A stretch of 25,081 nucleotides of DNA from Parcubacteria group bacterium (GTDB lineage Bacteria; Patescibacteriota; Minisyncoccia; JACQLN01): contig JACPHE010000003.1 in the NCBI GenBank assembly GCA_016188765.1, positions 1 to 25,081 on the forward strand, read 5' to 3'. A model generated the notes under the pieces. It was not told the DNA's origin. It ran no database searches and saw only the letters and a list, made by a program, of their open reading frames with translations. Both the position numbers and the translations under genes were made by a program. Each line of letters begins with the position of its first letter. Within the stretch, counting starts at the first letter, position 1. Below are positions 1 to 7,934 of this stretch, one piece after another.

Positions 1-1120
1 CGCCAAGGGGCAGGATATAGCGGTTGGGTAGCGGTTGATACAAAGGCGGGGGCTTGTTTTGGATTTTAGATAAAATAATCTTGGCAGCTTGGCGGCCTTC
101 GTCTATGGCCATTTGAGCTGTTTGAGGCAGGGCCTCTCCGTGTTCCATCAAACAGCAATTGTCGCCAATGACCAAAACATTGGAACATCCCCCGGCGTTT
201 TTAATCCCCGAGGCCTCAAAGACGGGGCAGAAATTTCTCTGGATCATCACCCGTCCCCTCGGGTCTTTTTTGAAGGGTAGATTGTCCACCAGGTGATTGG
301 GTTTTATGCCGCCCGACCAAATCAAAACATCAAAATTAAACCGCCCGCCGGATTTTGTCAGCGTACTTTCAAATCTTATTTCTTCTATTAAGTCGCCGGT
401 TACCGTGTTAATTCCCAATTTCCCCAGCCGTTTTTTGGCCCAAGAAACCATTCGTTCGTCAAAACCAGGTAAAATATCTTTCTGACCTTCTATTATGGTT
501 AGGCGGGGTTTTGTTTTGGAGTCGTATTTTTTATTTAGTTTTTTGATATAGCCCCGCATTTCTCCGGCCAGTTCCACGCCGGTAACTCCGCCGCCGCCGA
601 AAACTATATTGATTGGTTTATTGCCGGGCAGAGCGGCGCAGAATTTTTTTTCAATTTCGTTTCGTATTCTTACGGCTGAATTAAGATTTCCCAAGGTCAG
701 GGCTTTTTCCTTTAGTCCGGGAATGTTGTAAAAGTTTGTTTCGGCGCCTAAAGCGATCACCAAGTAATCAAATTTTAATTTAGTCGAATCATTTAAATTT
801 AAAATTTTCTCTATCGGATCAATCTTGGTTACGCGGGCTTGGTGGAATTTAAGCGGCCCGTTTTTAAAAATTTGGTAAAGAGGCAGCGTCACGGCATTTT
901 TTAATTCCAAAGCATCCCCATCATCAAACATGGTTACGGCCATTTCGTAAACCGAAGGCGTAAACAAGTGATGGTCGTTTTGATCAATCAAATAGAGATT
1001 GTATTTTTGGGCCAGCCGGGGATTTTTTTTGAAGGCCCGGCTCAAATCCAATGCCGCTCGCAAGCCCCCGAATCCAGCGCCGGCAATAACAATAGTTGGT
1101 TTGGTGGAGTTAAGAAACAT
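1..1120 (-). CDS. ndh: Type II NADH dehydrogenase / NAD(P)-FAD-dependent oxidoreductase (3' end runs off the window)
   Basis: Not in the ORF track; translated by hand from ATG at 1120. MFLNSTKPTIVIAGAGFGGLRAA (first GxGxxG), FDYLVIALGAETNFYNIPG, IVFGGGGVTGVELAGE (second dinucleotide motif), VLVIGD, LPQTAQMA. Frame stays open to the window edge. Confidence 0.85.
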   Translation of the reverse strand, partial: MFLNSTKPTIVIAGAGFGGLRAALDLSRAFKKNPRLAQKYNLYLIDQNDHHLFTPSVYEMAVTMFDDGDALELKNAVTLPLYQIFKNGPLKFHQARVTKIDPIEKILNLNDSTKLKFDYLVIALGAETNFYNIPGLKEKALTLGNLNSAVRIRNEIEKKFCAALPGNKPINIVFGGGGVTGVELAGEMRGYIKKLNKKYDSKTKPRLTIIEGQKDILPGFDERMVSWAKKRLGKLGINTVTGDLIEEIRFESTLTKSGGRFNFDVLIWSGGIKPNHLVDNLPFKKDPRGRVMIQRNFCPVFEASGIKNAGGCSNVLVIGDNCCLMEHGEALPQTAQMAIDEGRQAAKIILSKIQNKPPPLYQPLPNRYILPLG

Positions 1121-1182
1121 ACTTTACGAAATTACGAATCACTACGGATATACGAATTATTTTATCACGATTAAGTTGATCG

Positions 1183-1191
1183 TGATAGAAT
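1183..1191 (+). promoter_or_regulatory. Putative extended -10 promoter (TGaTAGAAT) for a leaderless pgk transcript
   Basis: TGn-TAGAAT lies 7 nt before ATG 1199 with no SD motif. Confidence 0.45.
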
Positions 1192-1198
1192 TATATTG

Positions 1199-2371
1199 AT
1201 GTTTAAAAAAGTTAAAGATCTCGGAAATCTGAAGGGTAAGCGGGTTTTGGTGCGGGTGGATTTTAATGTGCCGATTAAATCCGGTGAAGTAGCGGCGGGT
1301 GGGGAATGGCGGCTTAAGGCGGTTTTACCGACTTTGAATTATCTTTCGGATCATGGCGCCAAGATCATTATCTTGTCCCATTTGGGCCGGCCAAATGGGA
1401 ATGATTTTGGTTGCAGTTTGTATCCAATCTTTGAATCGTTAAAGAAAATATGGAGGGGCGAGAATTTATTTTTCAGCCATGATATTTTAGGCCAAGCCGC
1501 ACAGAAGCAAATTAAAAAATTAAAAAATGGTCAAGCCATTTTACTGGAAAATCTCCGTTTCTATAAAGAAGAAGAAGATAATGATGATGATTTTGCCACA
1601 GAACTGGCCGCTCTGGGCGATATATTCGTCAACGACGCTTTCGCCGTCTCGCATCGCGCCCACGCTTCCATAGTTGGTATCCCCGCGCATCTTCAATCAT
1701 ACGCCGGATTTTTGATGGAAAAAGAGGTCTCGATGTTATCGGTTATCCGCTCCAAGCCCCGCCGGCCGCTGGTGTTAGTGATGGGCGGAGCCAAAGCCGA
1801 AACAAAATTAAAATTGGTTAAGGAATTTTTAAACAAGTCCGAAGGCATGCTTTTGGGGGGTGTTCTGGCCAACACCTTGCTTTATTCACGGGGTATGTCT
1901 GTGGGAAAATCGATAGTGGACGAAAAACTTATGGAAGAGGCCAGAAAATTGAACTTAACTTCCAACAATCTTCATCTGCCGGTGGATGTAGTTGTTTCCA
2001 AATCATTAGAGCGAGCCAATAATACGGTGGTAAGGTCGATGGACCGGATCGGAGGGGATGAGTTTATTGTTGATATCGGACCGGAGACCATAAAACTTTT
2101 TACCAAGATAATTAAAAACGCTCGCATGGTGGTCTGGAACGGCTCGTTGGGTTTAACGGAAGTTCCGGTTTTTAAAAATGGATCTTTGGCCGCGGCCCGC
2201 GCCGTGGCCGAAAGCAGAGGCGAAAAAATTATCGGCGGCGGCGACCTCATTGGATTTTTGTCGCAAGAGAATCTGCTGGATAAAATGACCTATGTTTCCA
2301 CCGGCGGCGGAGCCATGCTGGAATTTTTAGCCGGAGAGGATTTGCCGGGAATAAGGGCGCTTGAATCATGA
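1199..2371 (+). CDS. pgk: Phosphoglycerate kinase
   Basis: VRVDFNVP, SHLGRP, LLENLRF, FVNDAFAVSHRAHAS, GGAK, VWNG, GGGD and STGGGAMLEFL motifs. ATG 1199 preferred over TTG 1196. Confidence 0.97.
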   Translation: MFKKVKDLGNLKGKRVLVRVDFNVPIKSGEVAAGGEWRLKAVLPTLNYLSDHGAKIIILSHLGRPNGNDFGCSLYPIFESLKKIWRGENLFFSHDILGQAAQKQIKKLKNGQAILLENLRFYKEEEDNDDDFATELAALGDIFVNDAFAVSHRAHASIVGIPAHLQSYAGFLMEKEVSMLSVIRSKPRRPLVLVMGGAKAETKLKLVKEFLNKSEGMLLGGVLANTLLYSRGMSVGKSIVDEKLMEEARKLNLTSNNLHLPVDVVVSKSLERANNTVVRSMDRIGGDEFIVDIGPETIKLFTKIIKNARMVVWNGSLGLTEVPVFKNGSLAAARAVAESRGEKIIGGGDLIGFLSQENLLDKMTYVSTGGGAMLEFLAGEDLPGIRALES

Positions 2372-2432
2372 AACATAAAGCATGGAGCATTTTCTGTGCT
2401 AATGTTTTATGTTGCATGCTATATGTTTTATG
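2367..2432. repeat. 7-nt-period inverted-repeat cassette between pgk and recJ
   Basis: CATGAAA CATAAAG CATGGAG CAT, spacer, then ATGTTTT ATGTTGC ATGCTAT ATGTTTT ATG. The second half is the reverse-complement unit of the first. Confidence 0.75.
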
Positions 2433-4178
2433 AACTACAAATGGATTTTAACTGAACAGGCGCCGCCTGATTTTTTATCTAAATTTCCGGAATATCCGGC
2501 CGTGGTCTCGCAGTTGATTTTTAGCCGCGGTCTGGATACACCCGAAAAAATAAATCAATTTTTTAATCCCCAATATGAGACCGACCTTCACGACCCTTTT
2601 TTGCTTAAGGATATGGATAAGGCCTGTGAGCGCGTCAAACGCGCCGTAGGCCAAAAGGAAAAAATCGTAATTTATGCCGATTACGATGTGGACGGCGTTT
2701 CCGCGGCCACGGTTTTAGGCGAATATTTTAAAAACATAAATTATCCGTTTGAGGTTTACATGCCCGACCGCCAAAAAGAAGGCCATGGCGTTAACCGGGC
2801 CGCTTTAGAATCCATCATTTTGGCCGGCGCCAAACTGATAATAACTTTAGATTGCGGCACCACCAATGTAAAAGAAGTGGCTTGGGCCAAAAGTAAGGAA
2901 GTGGATATGATTGTGGCGGATCATCATCAGACCGTTTCCGGACGGCCCGAGGCGGCGGCTTTTATCAACCAGCATCAGGAAGGAGACAATTATCCGTTTA
3001 AGGGTTTGTGTGGTACGGGGTTAGCTTTTAAATTACACTGTGCCCTCCGAAGCTTTAGCGAAGGAGGGATTGGCTCAAATCAAAATCATGGACAGGAAAA
3101 ATGGCTTTTGGATCTTGTGGCTTTGGCCACGGTGGCTGATATGGCGCCTTTGTTGGATGAAAATAGGGTTTTGGTTAAACACGGCCTTTTTGTTTTGGCC
3201 AAAACCAAACGGCTGGGTTTAAAAAAGTTGATGGAGTCGGCCGGTGTTAAAGCCCGGCACGATTTAGGAACCCTATCTACAAATTTAGACAGTTTTACTT
3301 TGGGTTTTACATTGGGGCCGCGAATCAACGCCGCGAGCCGGATGGCGCACGCCAATCTGGCCTACGAACTTTTAACCAGCAACAACGAAGCCAAAATAGA
3401 CGAACTGGTTGTTTCTTTAAACGATAATAATCGCAAGCGCCAGCAGATTGTAGATAAGGTTTTGAAAGAGGTTAAGGCCAGAGTAGATGCTTATAAAGAA
3501 CTTCCCAGTTTTATTATGGAGGGTTCGGCAGATTGGTCGGTTAACCTTTTGGGTTTGGTGGCCTCCAAGATCACCGAAAAATATCACCGGCCGGTCATGT
3601 TGTACCAAATATCGCCCGAGGGCAAGTGCAAAGGATCCTTAAGAACTATCGCCGGTTTTGATTTGATGAAGGCCTTGGGTTCAGTCAGCGAAGATTTCAT
3701 CCAGTATGGCGGCCACCCAGACGCCGGCGGCTGTAGTTTTAAGGTGGTTAAGGCCGATAAAATAAAATCTGGCCTAAACAGTTATGCCGAAAATATTTTA
3801 ACGGCGGAGTTATTATTAAAAAAATTACAGATTGATATCGCGGTTTCACTTTCAGAAATAAGTTGGGGCTTGATTGATTGGTTGGATAAATTTAAACCCT
3901 GGGGCATGGCCAATTCTCGGCCAAAATTTGTTTCTAAAAATGTTTTGATCCAAAATGTTATTTTAATGGGCCAGCATCGGGAGCATTTAAAAATTATGGT
4001 TTCTGACTCAAGTATGATGAATAGACAATTGCCGTTACTAATGTTTCGGCATAACGGATTTGCTCAAAACCTAAAAATCGGCGACACTTTGGATATTGTC
4101 TACGAGGTTGATGTTAACGAATGGAACGGCAATAGAGAGATTCAGCTAATGCTGGTTGATTTTAAAAAATATGAATAA
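2430..4178 (+). CDS. recJ: Single-stranded-DNA-specific exonuclease RecJ
   Basis: IYADYDVDG, LIITLDCG, IVADHH (DHH motif), LDLVALATVAD, LGPRINAASR, GSLR and YGGH motifs. Start placed at MNYKW because the upstream ATGs lie inside the repeat cassette. Confidence 0.95.
   Translation: MNYKWILTEQAPPDFLSKFPEYPAVVSQLIFSRGLDTPEKINQFFNPQYETDLHDPFLLKDMDKACERVKRAVGQKEKIVIYADYDVDGVSAATVLGEYFKNINYPFEVYMPDRQKEGHGVNRAALESIILAGAKLIITLDCGTTNVKEVAWAKSKEVDMIVADHHQTVSGRPEAAAFINQHQEGDNYPFKGLCGTGLAFKLHCALRSFSEGGIGSNQNHGQEKWLLDLVALATVADMAPLLDENRVLVKHGLFVLAKTKRLGLKKLMESAGVKARHDLGTLSTNLDSFTLGFTLGPRINAASRMAHANLAYELLTSNNEAKIDELVVSLNDNNRKRQQIVDKVLKEVKARVDAYKELPSFIMEGSADWSVNLLGLVASKITEKYHRPVMLYQISPEGKCKGSLRTIAGFDLMKALGSVSEDFIQYGGHPDAGGCSFKVVKADKIKSGLNSYAENILTAELLLKKLQIDIAVSLSEISWGLIDWLDKFKPWGMANSRPKFVSKNVLIQNVILMGQHREHLKIMVSDSSMMNRQLPLLMFRHNGFAQNLKIGDTLDIVYEVDVNEWNGNREIQLMLVDFKKYE
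3043..3068. repeat. Short palindromic element in frame within recJ
   Basis: CCCTCCGAAGCTTTAGCGAAGGAGGG, nearly identical to 24312-24337. Confidence 0.7.
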
Positions 4179-4620
4179 AGAAAAAATTATTGTCTATGCC
4201 GATGGCGGTTCTAGGGGTAACCCCGGCCCGGCGGCGGTGGGGGTGGTGGTCTGCAATGAAAAGGGCCAGAAGATAAAAGAGTGCGGCCAGAAATTAGAAG
4301 AAATTTCCACCAACAACGAAGCCGAATACGAAGCGGTTATTTTCGCGCTAAAAAAATTAAAACAATTATTCGGCAAAGACAAAACTAAAAATTTGACTGT
4401 GGAGTTTAGAGTAGATAGCGAACTTATCGCTTCGCAGCTTTCCGGAGAATATAAAATCAACGAAGAGCGGATGCAGTTATTGTTTATGAAGGTTTGGAAT
4501 TTAAAGTTTGATTTCGGCCGGATGACTTTCAAGTCCATTCCGCGCGAACAAAACAAACGGGCGGATGAATTGGTTAATCTGGCCTTAGATGGCCAAGGCG
4601 AGACGGTAAAAATGATTTGA
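4171..4620 (+). CDS. rnhA: Ribonuclease HI
   Basis: YADGGSRGNPGPAAVG, TNNEAEYEA, DSELI and PREQNKRADELVN motifs. ATG 4171 overlaps the recJ stop. Confidence 0.92.
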   Translation: MNKEKIIVYADGGSRGNPGPAAVGVVVCNEKGQKIKECGQKLEEISTNNEAEYEAVIFALKKLKQLFGKDKTKNLTVEFRVDSELIASQLSGEYKINEERMQLLFMKVWNLKFDFGRMTFKSIPREQNKRADELVNLALDGQGETVKMI

Positions 4621-4644
4621 CTTTTTATTGTGGATAAGTATAAT
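4617..4644 (+). promoter_or_regulatory. Sigma70-type promoter of rnpB
   Basis: TTGACT (4617-4622), 16-nt spacer, TATAAT (4639-4644), directly upstream of the P1 5' strand. Confidence 0.7.
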
Positions 4645-4721
4645 TAAAGCATCAAGAAAGTGAGATGATCGCCCCGAGGACAATCGCAAGATTGTATCGA
4701 GGGGAGGAAAGTCCGAACACC

Positions 4722-4869
4722 TGCCAATTTTGTTCGCGAGTTATGCGAGTGATTACAAAATTGAGCATCCGCCGTAGCTTCATGCGAAGGCGGAAGCCCT
4801 ACTTTGCCCTAACGGGCTTCGCAGGGTGCTCAAAATTGTTGTTTCGCTAACACTCAAACAATTTTGGCA
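4722..4869 (+). repeat. ~148-nt multi-hairpin element, copy A, inside rnpB
   Basis: Aligns end to end with 5277-5423. The 28-mer ATCCGCCGTAGCTTCATGCGAAGGCGGA is identical in both. Confidence 0.85.
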
Positions 4870-5029
4870 AAGAGTGGTTGCGAAATGCAACCGGGAGCAG
4901 ATCCGAATCAAATCGGATCGAAGCCCAGGGAAAGTGCCGCGTCAAACGCGGTGTGCGTTCATGATTCACAGCTGATTTCGTGAGCGCACGCAACAGAGAC
5001 AATACTAGTTGATTATGTCGGAAAAGATT

Positions 5030-5057
5030 ATCCGCCTTCGCTAAAGCTTCGGCGGAT
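5030..5057. repeat. Short palindromic element in the P12 region of rnpB
   Basis: ATCCGCCTTCGCTAAAGCTTCGGCGGAT is the reverse orientation of the CCGCCGwAGCTT..GCGAAGGCGG family. Confidence 0.7.
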
Positions 5058-5276
5058 GCTCGATTCCGCAGCCAAATCTTGAAAAGATTTGGGCGTAATC
5101 GGCAAAAGGTGAAAAGTATCATGTCAAACATGATTCTAATCAGTAGCAATACTGATTGGTTGCAAACCCCACTCGGTGCAAGAGCGTGTCCCGCCATTCC
5201 TTGGTAGTAATATCAAAGAAGTCGGGAAGAATCGCTAGAGGTCGCCAGCGATGGCGACCCCAGATAAATGATTATC

Positions 5277-5423
5277 TCCAATTTTGCCTGCGAGCTTTGC
5301 GAGCAGATGCAAAATTGAGATCCGCCGTAGCTTCATGCGAAGGCGGAGTACCCTACTTCGCCCCTTTGGGGCTTCGCAGGGTTCTCAATTTCATAGTTTC
5401 GCTATCGCTCAAACGAAATTGGA
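5277..5423 (+). repeat. ~147-nt multi-hairpin element, copy B, inside rnpB (P19 position)
   Basis: Lies between CR-IV and CR-V and is a direct repeat of 4722-4869 with compensatory stem changes. Confidence 0.85.
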
Positions 5424-5454
5424 ACAGAATTCGGCTTACGGCTTTCTTGCTAAC

Positions 5455-5496
5455 AAAACACTCCCTCTTCTAGGCAAAGAGGGGTGTTTTGTTTTT
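5455..5496 (+). terminator. Intrinsic terminator after rnpB
   Basis: AAAACACTCCCTCTT / AAGAGGGGTGTTTT stem followed by a T-rich tail. Confidence 0.7.
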
Positions 5497-5570
5497 GGGG
5501 ATTAAAAATAATTGTAAAAGCCATAGGGCTGGAGTATGCTGGAAGATATACTTGAAAGCCAAAATTACCC

Positions 5571-7853
5571 ATGGACTCCGACTTTGTTTTTATAAATCCC
5601 AATAAAATTCCTCCGCGTCGAACGCTTAAAAAAACATCGCCTTTGGGCCAAACGCGTCCGCATGAAATAAGTTCTGACTTACCGGAAAAAACTTTAAAAG
5701 ATCCGCCGGATTTTGATCTGCTGTCCGGTTCAATTTATCTGGTCGGAGAAAGCGCGGTTCCGTTGCCAGAACCTGACCCCTTGACCCGAGCTATGTGGGG
5801 CGAGGTTTTTCTGGACAACCCAGAAATGTCCGACAACACGGCATCATTTACCGATGAACAGCAGCCCAGCCCAACTGATTCCCGCGACGCTCTTTTGGCC
5901 GAACTGGAAAGCATAAATAAAAATGACACGGAACTCCTGCGCCAAATACATAGAATCTCAAAACCATCGCGAACGGCGCCCTTGTCCTTTGCTTCCGTCA
6001 GGACTGATTTTGGAGACCTCAATGAAAATCCAAATCTAAAAATAAATATCTCTAAAAAGACGCCCTCATCGGAAAGTTCTGATTATTATCGCGCCGAAAA
6101 CGACTGGTTTCAGGTGAATCTGGCAGTTCCGGAAAGAATCAGTAAAATTAAAAAATATGCTCGGTCGGAGCCCGAGGAAAATACGACAGAAGATTCTCAA
6201 CCCGAAAATTCCAGCTTCAAATTTAAAACCTTCCTCGCGGCGGTTATGTTATTTTTTTTACCGGCGGCCGCGATGTTTTTTCTTTATTCCGGAGAAAATA
6301 ATTTTTTAAAATCCGCTTTCGCCGGCCTTAATTCCAAACTTTTGAGTTCTTCAAGTTTTACCTTGGTAAATACCGAGGGAAACAGTGTTTTCCCTAAGTT
6401 ATCAGAAATAAAATCCCAAATAAAACGCGCGGGCGTTTCGGATTCAGCAGTGGTTGGACTAGTAAATTTCTTAGAAGAAAACGCCGATTTTGACTGGTTT
6501 AATATCTTTAAAAAAAAACAGCCGGACGGCAGTTTTACGCTAGCGGCGTTGGAGTCCTTGGAGAAAGCGAAAAATATTGTTCTGGCTTCCACGGCTACCG
6601 GTGTTACAGATTTAAACTTGCGCTTAGGAGATCAAATATCTTGGTTTAAATTTTGGAATCAAGTTTTTTCCCCAAAAAAGACATATTTAATTGTATTGAC
6701 GGACGAAGATCAGCTCTGGCCCGGCGGCGGCCGGCCAAAGGACTATGTTGTGGTTAAAACGACTGCCGGCGGATTAGAAATTGTAAATTCGGCTAAAATC
6801 AGCGATCTTGACGCCGCTTTTAATTTAAAAATTACGCCGCCAGAACCGATAAAAATTGCGAGCACCGCTTGGCTGCCTTCGCAGTCATTTTGGTTTTTTG
6901 ATTTTCAGAATTCGGCTAAAACGCTTACTAATTTTTTTGAAAACACCACCAGCGTGCAAATTGACGGGGTTGTTGCTTTCAGCCGTTCTTTTTTAAAGGA
7001 CTTAAGTTTTAAAGAAAATCTTGTTTTTAATATTGACTCACCCGCTTGGTTTTACGGCTTGACGGATGCCGTTTCCAGAAAGCCAGCCGCGAGATGGCTG
7101 ACTTTAGCCGAAGTGATGGAAAGAGCGTTGCTTTCGCGCCAGGTTCAGCTTTATTTTAAAGACGATTCTTTAGAAGGTTTTGTGTTAAATTCCGGTTGGT
7201 CGCCAGATATTAAGTTTTCTTCGCAAGAGGATTTTTTGGGGGTGGGTTGGGCCAGCGTGAAAGGCGGATTTTTGGGCTTGGACTTAATGGAGTATCGCGG
7301 CAATGTTTTTGAGGACGGTTCCATAATGGCCAGAATCAATATTTTATTAAAGCAAAATAATAATGGAATTGATTCGCAAAACTATTTTAAAATATATCTG
7401 CCGCCGGGCAGCCAGCCGCTAAAGGCCAAAGGTTTTTCGCCGCGAGAAAAAATTCCAGAATTTGAATATGCTAGCCAAGGTTTTTCGACTGATGCCCGGC
7501 TGAAATCGCCCATAAAATCAAACATAGAAAATTTGGATGTTTTTGAGGAATCGGGTTTAACCGTGGCTGGGGGCTGGGTAAATTTAAAGTCCGCGGATCG
7601 CGGTTCTATAACACTGGAATATCTTTTACCGTTTAAACTTGACCGAAAAAAAGGTTTGGCGGATTACCGAATCAAAATTGCGCGGCCGCATCAAGACGAA
7701 GATGTGCCATTTAGGTTTATTGTGACCCCGGAAAAGAATATTAAATTCATGTCTTTGGAACCCAATGGCTTTGTGAGTGAAAATTTGGGTGAATATCAGG
7801 GCAATCTCTCCCGCGACCTGACTCTGGACGCCAGTTTGGTGTTTGAGGAATAA
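5571..7853 (+). CDS. Single-pass membrane protein with a divergent DUF4012-like C-terminal region
   Basis: Low-complexity N-terminus, one hydrophobic segment (FLAAVMLFFLPAAAMFFLY), then YLIVLTDEDQLWPGGG, KITPPEPI, WFFDFQNSA and IDGVVAF, which recall DUF4012 blocks. Family assigned from memory, not by HMM. Confidence 0.6.
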   Translation: MDSDFVFINPNKIPPRRTLKKTSPLGQTRPHEISSDLPEKTLKDPPDFDLLSGSIYLVGESAVPLPEPDPLTRAMWGEVFLDNPEMSDNTASFTDEQQPSPTDSRDALLAELESINKNDTELLRQIHRISKPSRTAPLSFASVRTDFGDLNENPNLKINISKKTPSSESSDYYRAENDWFQVNLAVPERISKIKKYARSEPEENTTEDSQPENSSFKFKTFLAAVMLFFLPAAAMFFLYSGENNFLKSAFAGLNSKLLSSSSFTLVNTEGNSVFPKLSEIKSQIKRAGVSDSAVVGLVNFLEENADFDWFNIFKKKQPDGSFTLAALESLEKAKNIVLASTATGVTDLNLRLGDQISWFKFWNQVFSPKKTYLIVLTDEDQLWPGGGRPKDYVVVKTTAGGLEIVNSAKISDLDAAFNLKITPPEPIKIASTAWLPSQSFWFFDFQNSAKTLTNFFENTTSVQIDGVVAFSRSFLKDLSFKENLVFNIDSPAWFYGLTDAVSRKPAARWLTLAEVMERALLSRQVQLYFKDDSLEGFVLNSGWSPDIKFSSQEDFLGVGWASVKGGFLGLDLMEYRGNVFEDGSIMARINILLKQNNNGIDSQNYFKIYLPPGSQPLKAKGFSPREKIPEFEYASQGFSTDARLKSPIKSNIENLDVFEESGLTVAGGWVNLKSADRGSITLEYLLPFKLDRKKGLADYRIKIARPHQDEDVPFRFIVTPEKNIKFMSLEPNGFVSENLGEYQGNLSRDLTLDASLVFEE

Positions 7854-7860
7854 AAAAATT

Positions 7861-7898
7861 AAACACACTGTCCCGCTGTAAAAGTCGGGGTGTTTTTT
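7861..7898 (+). terminator. Possible intrinsic terminator
   Basis: Imperfect AAACAC..CCCG / CGGGGTGTTTTTT stem with T tail, similar in ends to the rnpB terminator. Confidence 0.4.
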
Positions 7899-7934
7899 AA
7901 TTAGGACAGGTATTCGTGCTACTATTTTTAAGAT

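Larger units (their letters stand above)
4648..5451 (+). ncRNA. rnpB: RNase P RNA, expanded (~800 nt) by several insertions
   Basis: GAGGAAAGTCC (CR-I, ~4703), GCAACAGAGA (4990), AGGTGAAAAG, GCAAACCCC..GGTGCAAG, AGATAAATGATTATC (CR-IV), ACAGAATTCGGCTTAC (CR-V, 5424). Terminal AAGAAAGT pairs with GCTTTCTT (P1). P3 hairpin has a GCAA tetraloop. Confidence 0.93.

Noticed and set aside
89-1199. Short plus-strand ORFs at 89, 297, 968 and 999
   Set aside because: Antisense shadows of ndh, which I translated as one open frame with intact motifs.
4665-5505. ORFs 4665-4850, 4847-5197, 5156-5473 and 5284-5505
   Set aside because: They overlap rnpB. Their shared peptide (IRRSFMRRR) is just the translated repeat element.
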